Of a stretch of 55,826 bases of DNA, positions 18,795 to 28,648 are shown one piece after another. The first letter of the stretch is position 1. Each line of letters starts with the position of its first letter. The DNA is from Thermoplasmatota archaeon. GTDB taxonomy: Archaea > Thermoplasmatota > E2 > DHVEG-1. The notes beneath the pieces are model-generated. The model ran no database searches and had not been told where the DNA came from. It worked only from the letters and a program-made list of their open reading frames with translations. Location of the stretch: contig JAYEJG010000076.1 of assembly GCA_034660435.1 (NCBI GenBank), forward strand, positions 1 to 55,826. The letters are read 5' to 3'. The translations under genes were made by a program, and so were the position numbers.

Positions 18795-19406
18795 ATGATG
18801 CTAAGTTTAGATGAAGGTAAAAAAGCTGTAAATTTATCAAGAAACATTATTGAAGAATATGTTAAAAATCACAAACTCCCAAATGTGGATTTGCTAGATA
18901 GTTTTTTAGAAAACCATGGGGCTTTTGTGACAATTCATACATACCCAGATCACGATTTAAGAGGGTGCATAGGCATTCCAATGCCCGTTATGAGATTAAA
19001 AGATGCAATAATTGAAGGTGCAACATCAGCGACGCACGATCCTAGATTTCCACCACTTTCTGAAAGTGAATTCGATGAAATAATAGTAGAAGTTACAATT
19101 CTTACAAAACCAGAGATCATTATAGTAGAGCAACCACAAGAGTATCTAAATGAAATTGAAATAGGTCGGGATGGTCTTATTGTTGAACAAGGTATTTACA
19201 AAGGTTTATTACTTCCACAGGTGCCCGTTGAGCAGGGGTGGAGCAAGGAAGATTTTTTATCCCATACATGTATGAAGGCAGGGTTGTTACCTGATGCATG
19301 GTTTGATATTGGTACAAAAATCTCTAGGTTTGGTGGACAGATTTTTACCGAAGTAACCCCTCATGGGGCAATTAAGGAGAAAAAATTAGATGGATCTAGT
19401 TGCTGA
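18795..19406 (+). CDS. AMMECR1 domain protein
   Basis: 203 aa. GAFVTIHT...LRGCIG motif characteristic of AMMECR1. Confidence 0.85.
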   Translation: MMLSLDEGKKAVNLSRNIIEEYVKNHKLPNVDLLDSFLENHGAFVTIHTYPDHDLRGCIGIPMPVMRLKDAIIEGATSATHDPRFPPLSESEFDEIIVEVTILTKPEIIIVEQPQEYLNEIEIGRDGLIVEQGIYKGLLLPQVPVEQGWSKEDFLSHTCMKAGLLPDAWFDIGTKISRFGGQIFTEVTPHGAIKEKKLDGSSC

Positions 19407-20670
19407 AGGAAAAGCATACGTTAATGGTAGTTTACAACAATGCTGCATAGGGATAGACGGTGGGAAAATTGTTGAAATTAAAAAAGTCCTTAAAGGAGAT
19501 GAACACCTAAACTTTGGAAATAAACTTATTTTTCCTGCTGGGGTTGACATGCATGTACATTTCAGAGACCCAGGGATGACTCATAAAGAGGATTTTTCTA
19601 CAGGCTCTCTTGCTGCAGCATTTGGCGGCATTTCATGTGTTTTCGATATGCCAAATACCTCTCCTCAAACTACAACAGTACTAGCAGTTGATGATAAGAT
19701 TCTGGCTGCTTCAAAAAAATCGTATGTTGACTTCGGAATCTATGCAGGTGTTACAAATAATAATATCAATTTTGTAGGTGACATATCTAAAAAATGTAGT
19801 GGTTTTAAAATATATCTTGGTAGCACTACAAATGCGTTACTTCTTGACAAATCAAATTTAAGGCAAACATTGCAGAAGATTTCAGAGAACAAAAAACCGG
19901 TTTTGTTTCATGCGGAAGATGATGAATTACTTTCTAAAAATAAAGGCATTGAGAAAAATCTTGCAGATCATCTCCATTTTAGGCCTTCTATTTGTGAAGA
20001 GATATCCATAAGGAATATACTTAAAGCATTGCAAGGTCTAGATTTAAAGGTACATATTTGTCACCTCTCTTCAATTGAGGGGCTCGAAATTCTTAAGAAC
20101 CGGCCAAATAACGTTAGCTGCGGAGCAACTCCACATCACACTCTTTTAAGCGTCGAAAATACACAAGCGCAGACATTTTACAAAGTCAATCCCCCAATTA
20201 GAACAAATTTTGACAAAGAGGCGTTATTTGAAGCGGCTAAAAATGGAATTGTTGACGTTCTTGAATCAGATCATGCCCCCCACACTAAAGATGAAAAGGA
20301 CTGTGATTTTGATAAAGCCATGTCTGGAATACCTGGCGTAGAAACAATGTTCCCGCTGTATCTATATCTTGCAAAAAAAGAACTAATTTCTTTTCGAAGA
20401 GTTATTTCACTCGTCTGTGAGAATCCTGCCAGAATTATGGATGTTGCAAAAGGCAAACTTGAAGTTGGAAGAGATGCCGATTTTGTTGTCGTAGATATCA
20501 AAAAGGAGAGCAAAATAAAATCAGACACGCTTCATTCAAAATGTGGTTGGACACCATTTGAGAAATTCCCTGCAATATTTCCAACTCATGTTTTTGTCCG
20601 AGGAGAAAAACTTATAGAAGATGGAGAAATGCAGGTAAGCCAAGGATTCGGAAACTTTGTTGGAGAATAA
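19390..20670 (+). CDS. pyrC: dihydroorotase (cyclic amidohydrolase family)
   Basis: 426 aa. Metal motif GVDMHVHFRDPG and a later ESDHAPH. Overlaps the end of the AMMECR1 gene by 17 nt. Confidence 0.8.
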   Translation: MDLVAEGKAYVNGSLQQCCIGIDGGKIVEIKKVLKGDEHLNFGNKLIFPAGVDMHVHFRDPGMTHKEDFSTGSLAAAFGGISCVFDMPNTSPQTTTVLAVDDKILAASKKSYVDFGIYAGVTNNNINFVGDISKKCSGFKIYLGSTTNALLLDKSNLRQTLQKISENKKPVLFHAEDDELLSKNKGIEKNLADHLHFRPSICEEISIRNILKALQGLDLKVHICHLSSIEGLEILKNRPNNVSCGATPHHTLLSVENTQAQTFYKVNPPIRTNFDKEALFEAAKNGIVDVLESDHAPHTKDEKDCDFDKAMSGIPGVETMFPLYLYLAKKELISFRRVISLVCENPARIMDVAKGKLEVGRDADFVVVDIKKESKIKSDTLHSKCGWTPFEKFPAIFPTHVFVRGEKLIEDGEMQVSQGFGNFVGE

Positions 20671-20672
20671 AA

Positions 20673-21143
20673 ATGTTAGATTTCCTTCCAGTATGGTTTA
20701 AAATCTTCTTTTTTTCGATGGTTCCCTGGCTTGAATCAAGATATGTCATTCCTTTTACGATACTTGATTTAGGTCTCGAGTGGTGGCAGGTTTATCCTAT
20801 TGCAGTTATTGGAAATATGGTGCCCGTCCCATTCATCCTATTATCTTTTAAGCACGTGGAAAAATTTCTTAGAAACTTCAAATTCTGGGCAAATCTGATG
20901 GACCGACTCTTTGCAAGAACTCGCAAAAGGGCTGATGCGAAAATACGCAGATATGAACACCTTGGTTTGCTATTGTTTGTAGCAATACCTTTGCCATTTA
21001 CAGGTGCCTGGACTGGTGCACTGATTGCATATTTATTTGACCTTAAGTTTACAAAATCCATTATAACAATATTCATTGGAGTTTTAATCGCTGCAACAAT
21101 TACAACAGTTCTTACTGTTGCGGGGATTTATGCTCTATCTTAA
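20673..21143 (+). CDS. small membrane protein, putative small multidrug-export family (COG2426-like)
   Basis: 156 aa, 4 TM. The WLESRYVIPF and IGNMVPVPFIL segments resemble Sm_multidrug_ex. Starts 2 nt after the pyrC stop. Confidence 0.55.
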   Translation: MLDFLPVWFKIFFFSMVPWLESRYVIPFTILDLGLEWWQVYPIAVIGNMVPVPFILLSFKHVEKFLRNFKFWANLMDRLFARTRKRADAKIRRYEHLGLLLFVAIPLPFTGAWTGALIAYLFDLKFTKSIITIFIGVLIAATITTVLTVAGIYALS

Positions 21144-21157
21144 GTTGGTGATAGAAT

Positions 21158-21937
21158 ATGGATGATGAATTGAAATTACTTGCACAAAAAGTTGCTGATG
21201 CAATTTATAGAAAAGTAAGGCAAGTAAATTCAAAAGAATTTCATAAGTTTGGTACAAATATTGGCATAGGTGCTGATGGGACACCAACAAAATATATTGA
21301 TAAACTTGCCGAAGATGTTGCTATAAAGATTATCAAGCGCTCAAAAATCAAAGTAAATGTATTAAGCGAAGAGGCAGGATTTTTAGATCATGGAGGAAAG
21401 TATACTTTTGTTTTAGATCCAATTGATGGGACAAGAAACGCATATAGAGGAATTCCTTTTTATTCCGTGTCTATTGCAGTTGGAAAATCAAGTCTTGGTG
21501 ATATTGAGTACGGCATTGTCAAAAACATTCCTACGGGGGAAACTTTCGTTGCAGAAAAAGGCCATGGGGCATATTACAATGAAAAGCGTTTTGCTGCACC
21601 AGAAATACCAGACAACGAAGTTCTTTCATGTCTAACCCTTGGTAAAAATTATGATAAACTTACTTTAAAACTTGCAAAAAAGGATAAAGTTAGATCGCTT
21701 GGTTCTGCCAGTCTTGAAATGTGTATGGTTGCACTTGGTGCACTTGATTATTATGTCGTTGGAAAGGAATACATGAGAGTAATAGATATTGCAGCATCCA
21801 CGCTTGTTGTAAGGGAGGCGGGAGGGGCAGTTACAGATGTTTTGGGAAGAGACCTTGATATGCCTTTAAATCTCGATGAAAGGAGAAGCGTAATTGCTGC
21901 TTGTAATATGGATATAATCGAACACATTATTTCATAG
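21158..21937 (+). CDS. suhB: inositol monophosphatase / fructose-1,6-bisphosphatase family phosphatase
   Basis: 259 aa. Motifs SEE, LDPIDGTRN and a C-terminal GSASLEM. GGTGAT Shine-Dalgarno element 6 nt upstream. Confidence 0.8.
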   Translation: MDDELKLLAQKVADAIYRKVRQVNSKEFHKFGTNIGIGADGTPTKYIDKLAEDVAIKIIKRSKIKVNVLSEEAGFLDHGGKYTFVLDPIDGTRNAYRGIPFYSVSIAVGKSSLGDIEYGIVKNIPTGETFVAEKGHGAYYNEKRFAAPEIPDNEVLSCLTLGKNYDKLTLKLAKKDKVRSLGSASLEMCMVALGALDYYVVGKEYMRVIDIAASTLVVREAGGAVTDVLGRDLDMPLNLDERRSVIAACNMDIIEHIIS

Positions 21938-22004
21938 GTCAATACAATGCTTATCCTATCCATATATAAAAATTTTAAATAGTTTCTTTTATTACGGCGT
22001 AACA

Positions 22005-22742
22005 ATGACAATCACAGATGATTTATTAAAAAAGGTAAGTCAAAAGAAGTTACACTTCTCCTTACTTGACCCTGAAGATCAAACTCCTGATGAAGCGGGA
22101 AGGCTTGCAAAAATTGCAGAAGATGCAGGAACGTCTGCTATGATGGTAGGAGGATCAACCCTTGTATCTAGTGAGCAGGTCGATGAAACTGTAAAAGCAA
22201 TTAAGGCAAATTCAAAACTACCAGTTATTTTATTTCCATCAGGGGCAAAGTTTCTTTCAAAACATGCAGATGCAATTTTCTTTATGAGTCTCTTGAACTC
22301 TAGAAATCTTGGATATGTCATAAGAGAACATGTTCAAGGTGCCCCATTCATAAAACATGTTGGAATCGAGCCAATTCCTATGGGCTATCTTATTGTAGAA
22401 CCAGGAATGACGGCAGGAAAAGTGGGTGAAGTAGATATTGTAAAAAGAGATGATGTACAAACTGCAGTAGGCTATGGTCTTGCAACAGAGTATCTTGGTA
22501 TGAAATTCTTTTATCTTGAAGCTGGTTCAGGAGCACCCGATCCCGTTTCGAATGAGATGATTGTAGCAGTAAAGAAAACCGTAGCTATTCCTCTAGTTGT
22601 TGGAGGTGGTATTCGTGATGCAAAAACAGCAAAAGAAAAAGCAGTAGCTGGTGCAGACATAATTGTTACTGGAACCACCTTCGAAAAGGATAAAAATGTT
22701 GAAAGCACCCTGAGGGAAATTATAAAAGCAATAGAAGAATAG
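22005..22742 (+). CDS. geranylgeranylglyceryl phosphate synthase (PcrB/GGGPS family)
   Basis: 245 aa. Segments MMVGGS, FYLEAGSGAP and VVGGGIRD are typical of GGGPS. Confidence 0.9.
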   Translation: MTITDDLLKKVSQKKLHFSLLDPEDQTPDEAGRLAKIAEDAGTSAMMVGGSTLVSSEQVDETVKAIKANSKLPVILFPSGAKFLSKHADAIFFMSLLNSRNLGYVIREHVQGAPFIKHVGIEPIPMGYLIVEPGMTAGKVGEVDIVKRDDVQTAVGYGLATEYLGMKFFYLEAGSGAPDPVSNEMIVAVKKTVAIPLVVGGGIRDAKTAKEKAVAGADIIVTGTTFEKDKNVESTLREIIKAIEE

Positions 22743-22750
22743 TTAGAATT

Positions 22751-23302
22751 ATGAAAGTTTTACTTGCAATTGGTGGAGCGTCTGGTAGTATATATGCCGT
22801 AAAACTTCTAGATGAACTTAAAAACTCAAATGTAGAAGTACATCTTATCGCGTCTGAAGGGGCAAAAAAAATTCTTGAGCACGAAACAGGGATTTCTTTT
22901 GAGAATTTAAAGAAAAAAGCTGATTTTTATTATGAAAATAATGATTTATTTGCCGGTCCCGCATCAGGTTCATTTAAACTGGATGTAATGGTTGTTTGTC
23001 CTTGCAGCATGAAAACCCTTTCAGCTATTGCTAATGGTTATGGTGATACACTTACTTCTAGGGCTGCAAGTTGCATGCTTAAAGAAGAAAGAAAATTAGT
23101 CTTGGTTCCAAGAGAAACTCCTCTTGATCTACCTTCCATCGAAAATATGAGAAAAGCAAAACTTGCAGGTGCAACAATTTTGCCTGCAATGCCTGGTTTT
23201 TATCATAAGCCAAAGTCAATTGATGATTTAGTTTCTTTTATCGTTGGAAAAATACTTGATCAATTACAAATTGAAAACAATCTTTTTAAAAGATGGAAAT
23301 AA
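22751..23302 (+). CDS. ubiX: flavin prenyltransferase UbiX
   Basis: 183 aa. GASGSIYA, VCPCSMKTLSAIANG and LVPRETPL motifs. Starts 8 nt after the GGGPS stop. Confidence 0.9.
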   Translation: MKVLLAIGGASGSIYAVKLLDELKNSNVEVHLIASEGAKKILEHETGISFENLKKKADFYYENNDLFAGPASGSFKLDVMVVCPCSMKTLSAIANGYGDTLTSRAASCMLKEERKLVLVPRETPLDLPSIENMRKAKLAGATILPAMPGFYHKPKSIDDLVSFIVGKILDQLQIENNLFKRWK

Positions 23303-23314
23303 AATCATTCACTT

Positions 23315-23878
23315 TTAACATATTTTTACAAAGTTCTTGAAAATACGTTCACCATATTCTGTATGTTCAACTTCTGGATGAAATTGAACTCCAAAGATCG
23401 GCCTTTCTTTATGTTGTATTGCCTGCACTCTACAATTTTCACTTTCTGAAAGTATTTCAAAACAGCTGGGAACTACAGTTACTTCGTCATTATGCGATTC
23501 CCATACAATTGATTTTTTTGCAACCCCCTCAAATAAGCAATCGCCGTCAATAAGTCTAGTCATCTCAATTTTGCCAAATTCAGGAGCTTTTGCAGGTTCC
23601 GCATCTCCTCCAAAAAATCTAGCTATGAATTGATGCCCTGCACATATTCCAAGTATGGGGCAATTTGCTTTTTCCAAGTACTCGGCACAATTGCCAAGGG
23701 ATGTTTCTATTCCTATCCTTGGTGCACCACCAGACAACACAAGACCATCTGCATCTTTAACTTCTGAAAAAGGAGTAGTATTTGGAACGATTTTTGTGTC
23801 AACATCAAGATATTTCAGAACACGCCATTCACGATGAGTCCACTGTCCGCCATTGTCAACAACGTAAATTTTTACCAT
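23315..23878 (-). CDS. guaAA: GMP synthase subunit A (glutamine amidotransferase)
   Basis: The ATG at 23878 gives MVKIYVVDNGGQW (the track start at 23887 is GTG). Catalytic GICAGHQ and HPE motifs. The start shares one base with the guaAB stop (TAATG). Confidence 0.9.
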   Translation of the reverse strand: MVKIYVVDNGGQWTHREWRVLKYLDVDTKIVPNTTPFSEVKDADGLVLSGGAPRIGIETSLGNCAEYLEKANCPILGICAGHQFIARFFGGDAEPAKAPEFGKIEMTRLIDGDCLFEGVAKKSIVWESHNDEVTVVPSCFEILSESENCRVQAIQHKERPIFGVQFHPEVEHTEYGERIFKNFVKIC

Positions 23879-24825
23879 TATTCCCACTCTATTGTTCCGG
23901 GGGGTTTATTTGTAACGTCATATACCACACGACTTACTTTGTCCCCAAGAGTATTTGTAATTCTTGTTGAGATCCTGTCAATTATGTTGCTTGGTATTTC
24001 ACTAAATTGGCACGTCATAGCATCAAGACTTTGAACTGCACGGATTGCTATTACATCCCCATATGCTCTTTTATCCCCGTGCACTCCAACTGTTTTCACT
24101 GGCAGAAGTACGGCAAAATACTGCCAAGGAAGTTTCATTAGCCCATCCTTTGCTGCTTTTTCGATTTCTTTTTCAACAATGTCGCATGCTTCACGAACAA
24201 CTTCAGTTCTTTCAGGTGTTGCTTCACCCATGACTCTTATTGCGAGTCCCGGTCCAGGGAATGGTTGTCTTTCAGAAACCGGGACATTCAATTCTCTTGC
24301 AACCTTTCGTACTTCATCCTTATAAAGATCTCGTAGAGGCTCTACAAGTTTCAGTTTCATGTTTTCTGGAAGGCCACCAACATTATGATGAGATTTTATT
24401 GTATCTCTTAGATCATCACCTGATTCTATCCAGTCTGGTGCAATTGTTCCCTGTACAAGATTCTCAACTTTTTCTTCTTCGGCAACCCTTTCAAAAAGTC
24501 TTATGAATTTTTCACCGATAATTTTACGTTTCTTTTCAGGGTCACCAATTCCTTTTAATGCATTATAATACTCTTTACCTGCATCTATAGAGTGAAAGTT
24601 AAGCCCAATGTTTTTCATTAATTTTTTAACATTCTCAGATTCATTTTTACGCATATATCCTGTGTCAACATGAATAGCAACTAACCTATCTCCTATTGCT
24701 TCGTTGACAAGTGCAGCACAAACAGCGCTATCCACCCCACCTGAGAATGCAATAAGTGCCCTTCCAGTAACTTCTTTTTTTATATTCGCAACCTTTTCAT
24801 CGATGAATTTTTTTGCATCAAACAT
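23878..24825 (-). CDS. guaAB: GMP synthase subunit B (ATP pyrophosphatase)
   Basis: The ATG at 24825 gives MFDAKKFIDEKV (the track start at 24831 is TTG). PP-loop SGGVDSAV and C-terminal TIEWE. Confidence 0.9.
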   Translation of the reverse strand: MFDAKKFIDEKVANIKKEVTGRALIAFSGGVDSAVCAALVNEAIGDRLVAIHVDTGYMRKNESENVKKLMKNIGLNFHSIDAGKEYYNALKGIGDPEKKRKIIGEKFIRLFERVAEEEKVENLVQGTIAPDWIESGDDLRDTIKSHHNVGGLPENMKLKLVEPLRDLYKDEVRKVARELNVPVSERQPFPGPGLAIRVMGEATPERTEVVREACDIVEKEIEKAAKDGLMKLPWQYFAVLLPVKTVGVHGDKRAYGDVIAIRAVQSLDAMTCQFSEIPSNIIDRISTRITNTLGDKVSRVVYDVTNKPPGTIEWE

Positions 24826-24831
24826 TTTCAA

Positions 24832-25281
24832 TCACTGCTTTGAAAGAGCCCTCTCTCTCATTTTCCTTCTGTATTCTTTCATTTCACCTTCCAATTTTTT
24901 ATCCTTTGTAGAAAGTATTTCAACTGCAAGAAGCGCTGCGTTGTCTCCACGATCGAGGCCTACTGCAGCTACAGGCATCCCTGGCGGCATTTGAATAATT
25001 GAAAGAATAGCATCAAGGTTCACCTTTCCGCTAACAGGAACCCCAATAACTGGTTTGGTGGTATGGGCTGCGATACTGCCAGGAAGCGCTGCAGCAAGAC
25101 CTGCTATCCCGATAAAAACATCGGCATTGCATTCCTTAACAAGTTTTTCCAAGACATCTGGCGTTCTGTGTGCAGATGCCACTTTTATATCATATTCAAC
25201 GCTAAATTCATTCAGTATTTTTTTTGCCTTCTCGGCAATTGGCATATCTGACTTTGAACCCATTATCACCTGAATCTTCAT
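24832..25281 (-). CDS. purE: N5-carboxyaminoimidazole ribonucleotide mutase / AIR carboxylase catalytic subunit
   Basis: 149 aa. MGSKSD, SAHRTP and GLAAALPG motifs. Confidence 0.9.
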   Translation of the reverse strand: MKIQVIMGSKSDMPIAEKAKKILNEFSVEYDIKVASAHRTPDVLEKLVKECNADVFIGIAGLAAALPGSIAAHTTKPVIGVPVSGKVNLDAILSIIQMPPGMPVAAVGLDRGDNAALLAVEILSTKDKKLEGEMKEYRRKMRERALSKQ

Positions 25282-25386
25282 GTTATCAAACCCGGAGAAT
25301 GTGATGAGATTAATTAATAGTTTCGACCATCGTAAACTAATTATATATCATTCTTATGTTCACAACGAAATAAAATCGGAATCAAA

Positions 25387-27405
25387 ATGAAACTCGTAAT
25401 CTGTGAAAAAAGCATAGCCGCAAACCGTATTGCCTATATTCTTTCAGGAGGAAAATTAAAAACTCTAAGAGTTGGAAAAACTCCCGTTTATGAATTTACT
25501 AAAGATGGAGAGACTTGGAGAGTTGTTGGTCTCAGAGGTCACATAATAAATCTTGATTACCCCGCAGGGTATAACAAATGGAATCAGATATCCCCAAAAG
25601 ATCTAATTGAAGTAGAACCTTGTAAAAAAGTCAGCGAAAAGACAATTGCGGCCGCTTTAAAATCACTTGTTGATCAAAACCCATTTTTAATTGTTGCAAC
25701 AGATTTTGATCGAGAAGGAGAACTGATAGGTGTCGAGGTAATCAATTTATTAAAAGAGTACAATAAGAGCATAAACTCTATCAAAAGGGCAAAATTTAGT
25801 ACGATAACTCCTTATGAAATAAAATCTGCATTCGACAACCTGGAGGAAGTTGATTATTATCTCTCAGATGCCGGGGAATCTCGCCAGACGATAGATCTCA
25901 TATGGGGTGCTGTTTTAACTAGATTTATTTCGATTACTTCGCAACGTTATGGGCGAGAATTTCTTTCTGTTGGTAGGGTGCAATCTCCTACATTAGCATT
26001 GCTCGTAGAGCGTGAGAAAGCAATACAGACTTTTGAACCAAAGACATTTTGGAAGATTGTTGCTTCGCTCAAAAAAGACAAGACATTTGACGCAACTCAC
26101 ATTGAAGGACAATTTTGGGATGAAACCAAGGTAAAGCAAATTTATGAAAAGATAGAGGACGCAACAGGTGCAAAAGTAAAAACAGTTGATAAGAAAGAAG
26201 TGAAAGAATATCCTCCATCTCCATTTAGTACAACAACTTTTTTACAGGCCGTATCCTATCTTGGTTTTTCAGCTTCGAGGGCAATGACTGTTGCTGAAGA
26301 GTTATATATGGCAGGTCTTACATCATATCCAAGGACTGATAACACTGTTTACCCTCCCTCACTGAATATTAAAGGTATTTTACAAAAACTAAAAAATTCA
26401 CCATTTTCAAAAGAAGTAAACGAAGTAATTACAAACGGGAGGAGCCATCCGACAAGAGGTAAAAAGAAGACGACAGACCATCCGCCAATACACCCAGTTG
26501 GTTCTCCATCTGGAAAAAAACTTACAACGGAACAACAAAAAATATATGAACTTATTTGTCGTAGATTTTTGGCAACACTTGCAAAAGATGCCATATCTGA
26601 AACTGTTGGTGTTTCTCTTGATATTTCTGGGGAGTCTTTTAAAACAAGCGGTTACAGAATAATCGAAGCAAATTGGAGGGCTATTTATACATATTTTAAG
26701 GAAAAGAGAAAGCCTCTTCCAGAGCTGTTTAAAGGGGAAACCGTTACCATTTCAAGCATTAAATTAAAGAAAGATCAGACCAAGCCTCCGGCAAGATACA
26801 CCCAGGGATCGCTTATTGCTAAAATGGAGCAGCTATCGCTTGGGACAAAGTCAACGAGACACGAAATAATAAACAAATTAAATAACAGGGGGTATGTAAA
26901 ATTAAAACCACTTTCCCCTATGCCAATTGGAATTGCAGTAATTGATGCAATGGAAGGATGCGACGTTATTAAACCAAAGATGACCGCAAAATTAGAAGAG
27001 GATATGAGCAAAATTGCAGAAGGTAAAAAAACTCTTAATGAAACAGTAACCGAATCGCGAGAGATGCTTACAAAAGTGATGGAAGAATTGGAGAAAGATA
27101 AAGAGAAAATTAAAACAGGTATCAGATCTGCAAACCAGAAGCAAAATACTGTTGGAAAATGCCCTAAATGTGGGAAGGATATGGTGATTAGAGTATCACG
27201 GAAAAAGAAGCGTTTTGTAGGTTGTACAGGTTACCCAGATTGCAAGAATACTTATTCTATACCTCAAAATGGAGGAATTATACCTTTAGGGGCGCCATGT
27301 GTTAAATGCAGAGCGCCTGTGATAAAAGTAGTATCAAAAGGAAAAAGGCCATGGGAGTTATGTATTAACCCAGAGTGTCCTGAGAAAAAACCAAAAAAGA
27401 AATAA
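25387..27405 (+). CDS. topA: type IA DNA topoisomerase
   Basis: 672 aa. Toprim domain (VICEK...ATDFDREGE), catalytic region GLTSYPRTDN, and two C-terminal Zn-ribbons (CPKCG...C..C, CVKC...C..C). Confidence 0.9.
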   Translation: MKLVICEKSIAANRIAYILSGGKLKTLRVGKTPVYEFTKDGETWRVVGLRGHIINLDYPAGYNKWNQISPKDLIEVEPCKKVSEKTIAAALKSLVDQNPFLIVATDFDREGELIGVEVINLLKEYNKSINSIKRAKFSTITPYEIKSAFDNLEEVDYYLSDAGESRQTIDLIWGAVLTRFISITSQRYGREFLSVGRVQSPTLALLVEREKAIQTFEPKTFWKIVASLKKDKTFDATHIEGQFWDETKVKQIYEKIEDATGAKVKTVDKKEVKEYPPSPFSTTTFLQAVSYLGFSASRAMTVAEELYMAGLTSYPRTDNTVYPPSLNIKGILQKLKNSPFSKEVNEVITNGRSHPTRGKKKTTDHPPIHPVGSPSGKKLTTEQQKIYELICRRFLATLAKDAISETVGVSLDISGESFKTSGYRIIEANWRAIYTYFKEKRKPLPELFKGETVTISSIKLKKDQTKPPARYTQGSLIAKMEQLSLGTKSTRHEIINKLNNRGYVKLKPLSPMPIGIAVIDAMEGCDVIKPKMTAKLEEDMSKIAEGKKTLNETVTESREMLTKVMEELEKDKEKIKTGIRSANQKQNTVGKCPKCGKDMVIRVSRKKKRFVGCTGYPDCKNTYSIPQNGGIIPLGAPCVKCRAPVIKVVSKGKRPWELCINPECPEKKPKKK

Positions 27406-27409
27406 AAAA

Positions 27410-27673
27410 CTAACCAAGGTTGTAATGCTTTCTCATGTTTTCAATTATTTTCCAAGTGCATTTTAGGCCTGGCTCAAACACAACAACATCGCCTGGGCCG
27501 AATTCTGCAATGATGGAACTTGCCTCGTCAAACACTTGTGCTTTCCCTTCTAAGATATAGCAAGTTTCTTTTTCACCATATTCCCAGTCAAATTCTGAAA
27601 CTTTCTTTTCCCAAATCGGCCAGGTTTCAAACTCTTTAATCTCTTCTTCGCTTGGTTTTTTTACAGTTACCAT
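27410..27673 (-). CDS. small cupin (Cupin_3 / DUF861-like), no metal-binding His
   Basis: 87 aa. WPIWEKKVSEFDWEYGEKETCYILEGKAQV...GPGDVVVFEPGLKCTWKI has the cupin motif spacing but lacks the HxH/H ligands. Starts 21 nt downstream of the mtnA-like stop. Confidence 0.6.
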   Translation of the reverse strand: MVTVKKPSEEEIKEFETWPIWEKKVSEFDWEYGEKETCYILEGKAQVFDEASSIIAEFGPGDVVVFEPGLKCTWKIIENMRKHYNLG

Positions 27674-27694
27674 TTGTTTTTGCCTCTTATTACA

Positions 27695-28648
27695 TTATAA
27701 CTTTTTAATCCTTTCTTCTGTAATAAACCCTGTTACGTATTTTGCAGGTGTGACATCAAATGCAGGGTTTCTGACGTTGGTATAATCTGGCATAATTGTA
27801 CAATTGTTTATTTTTGCAAGTTCTTCTCTTCCACGCTCTTCAATTACGATTTCATCTCCACTCTTTATGCTTTTATCAAAAGTACTTATTGGTGCTGCAA
27901 CATAAAACGGAATGTCGTTTTCTTTTGCAAGAACTGCTTTTTCATATGTCCCGACTTTATTTGCAAAATCATAATTGTTTGCAATTCTGTCTGCGCCGGT
28001 AATTACCATATCTATTTCACCATTTTTCATAAAATGTCCTGCAGCATTGTCTGCAATAACACAATGGGCAATTCCTTCCTGTTCTAGTTCCCAGTCTGTT
28101 AAAAGTCCTTGGCATCTTGGTCTTGTTTCATCAGCAAAAACAAAGAATTTTTTATTTCTTTCTTTTGCAACCCTAAACGGAGCAAGAGCTGTACCATAAT
28201 CAACTGTTGCAAGAGCTCCTGCGTTACAATGTGTTAGAATATTCATGCCATTTTTAATGAGTTTTTCACCGTTTTCCCCAATTCTTCTACATCTGTCAAT
28301 TATGTCTTTAGCATAATCATTTGCAGCGATTAGTGGATCTTCTCCTGACTCTATTTTTTCAGCCATGTAATTTATTGCGTAGAACAGATCGTAAGCTGTC
28401 GGTCTTGTTTTACGAAGGTCATCTGCAGTTTTTTCAACATCGTTTTTTCCAAGGACCATTCCATATGCCGCTGCTGCACCGATAGCTGGTGCCCCGCGCA
28501 CAACCATATCTTTAATTGCAAAAGCACATTCATCAACAGTTTTCGCAGTAAACATCTCTAGTTTATATGGAAGTTTTCTTTGATCGATAAATCGTATCGC
28601 ATTATTTTCAAACCATAACGCCTTACTGTCTTTTCCTTCTATTTTCAT
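27695..28648 (-). CDS. mtnA: MtnA-type sugar-1-phosphate isomerase (S-methyl-5-thioribose-1-P / 5-deoxyribose-1-P isomerase; eIF-2B alpha/beta/delta family)
   Basis: 317 aa. VRGAPAIG, THCNAGALATVDYGTALAP, ETRPRCQG, GADRIA and NPAFDVTP match MtnA rather than the ribose-1,5-bisphosphate isomerase branch. Confidence 0.8.
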   Translation of the reverse strand: MKIEGKDSKALWFENNAIRFIDQRKLPYKLEMFTAKTVDECAFAIKDMVVRGAPAIGAAAAYGMVLGKNDVEKTADDLRKTRPTAYDLFYAINYMAEKIESGEDPLIAANDYAKDIIDRCRRIGENGEKLIKNGMNILTHCNAGALATVDYGTALAPFRVAKERNKKFFVFADETRPRCQGLLTDWELEQEGIAHCVIADNAAGHFMKNGEIDMVITGADRIANNYDFANKVGTYEKAVLAKENDIPFYVAAPISTFDKSIKSGDEIVIEERGREELAKINNCTIMPDYTNVRNPAFDVTPAKYVTGFITEERIKKL

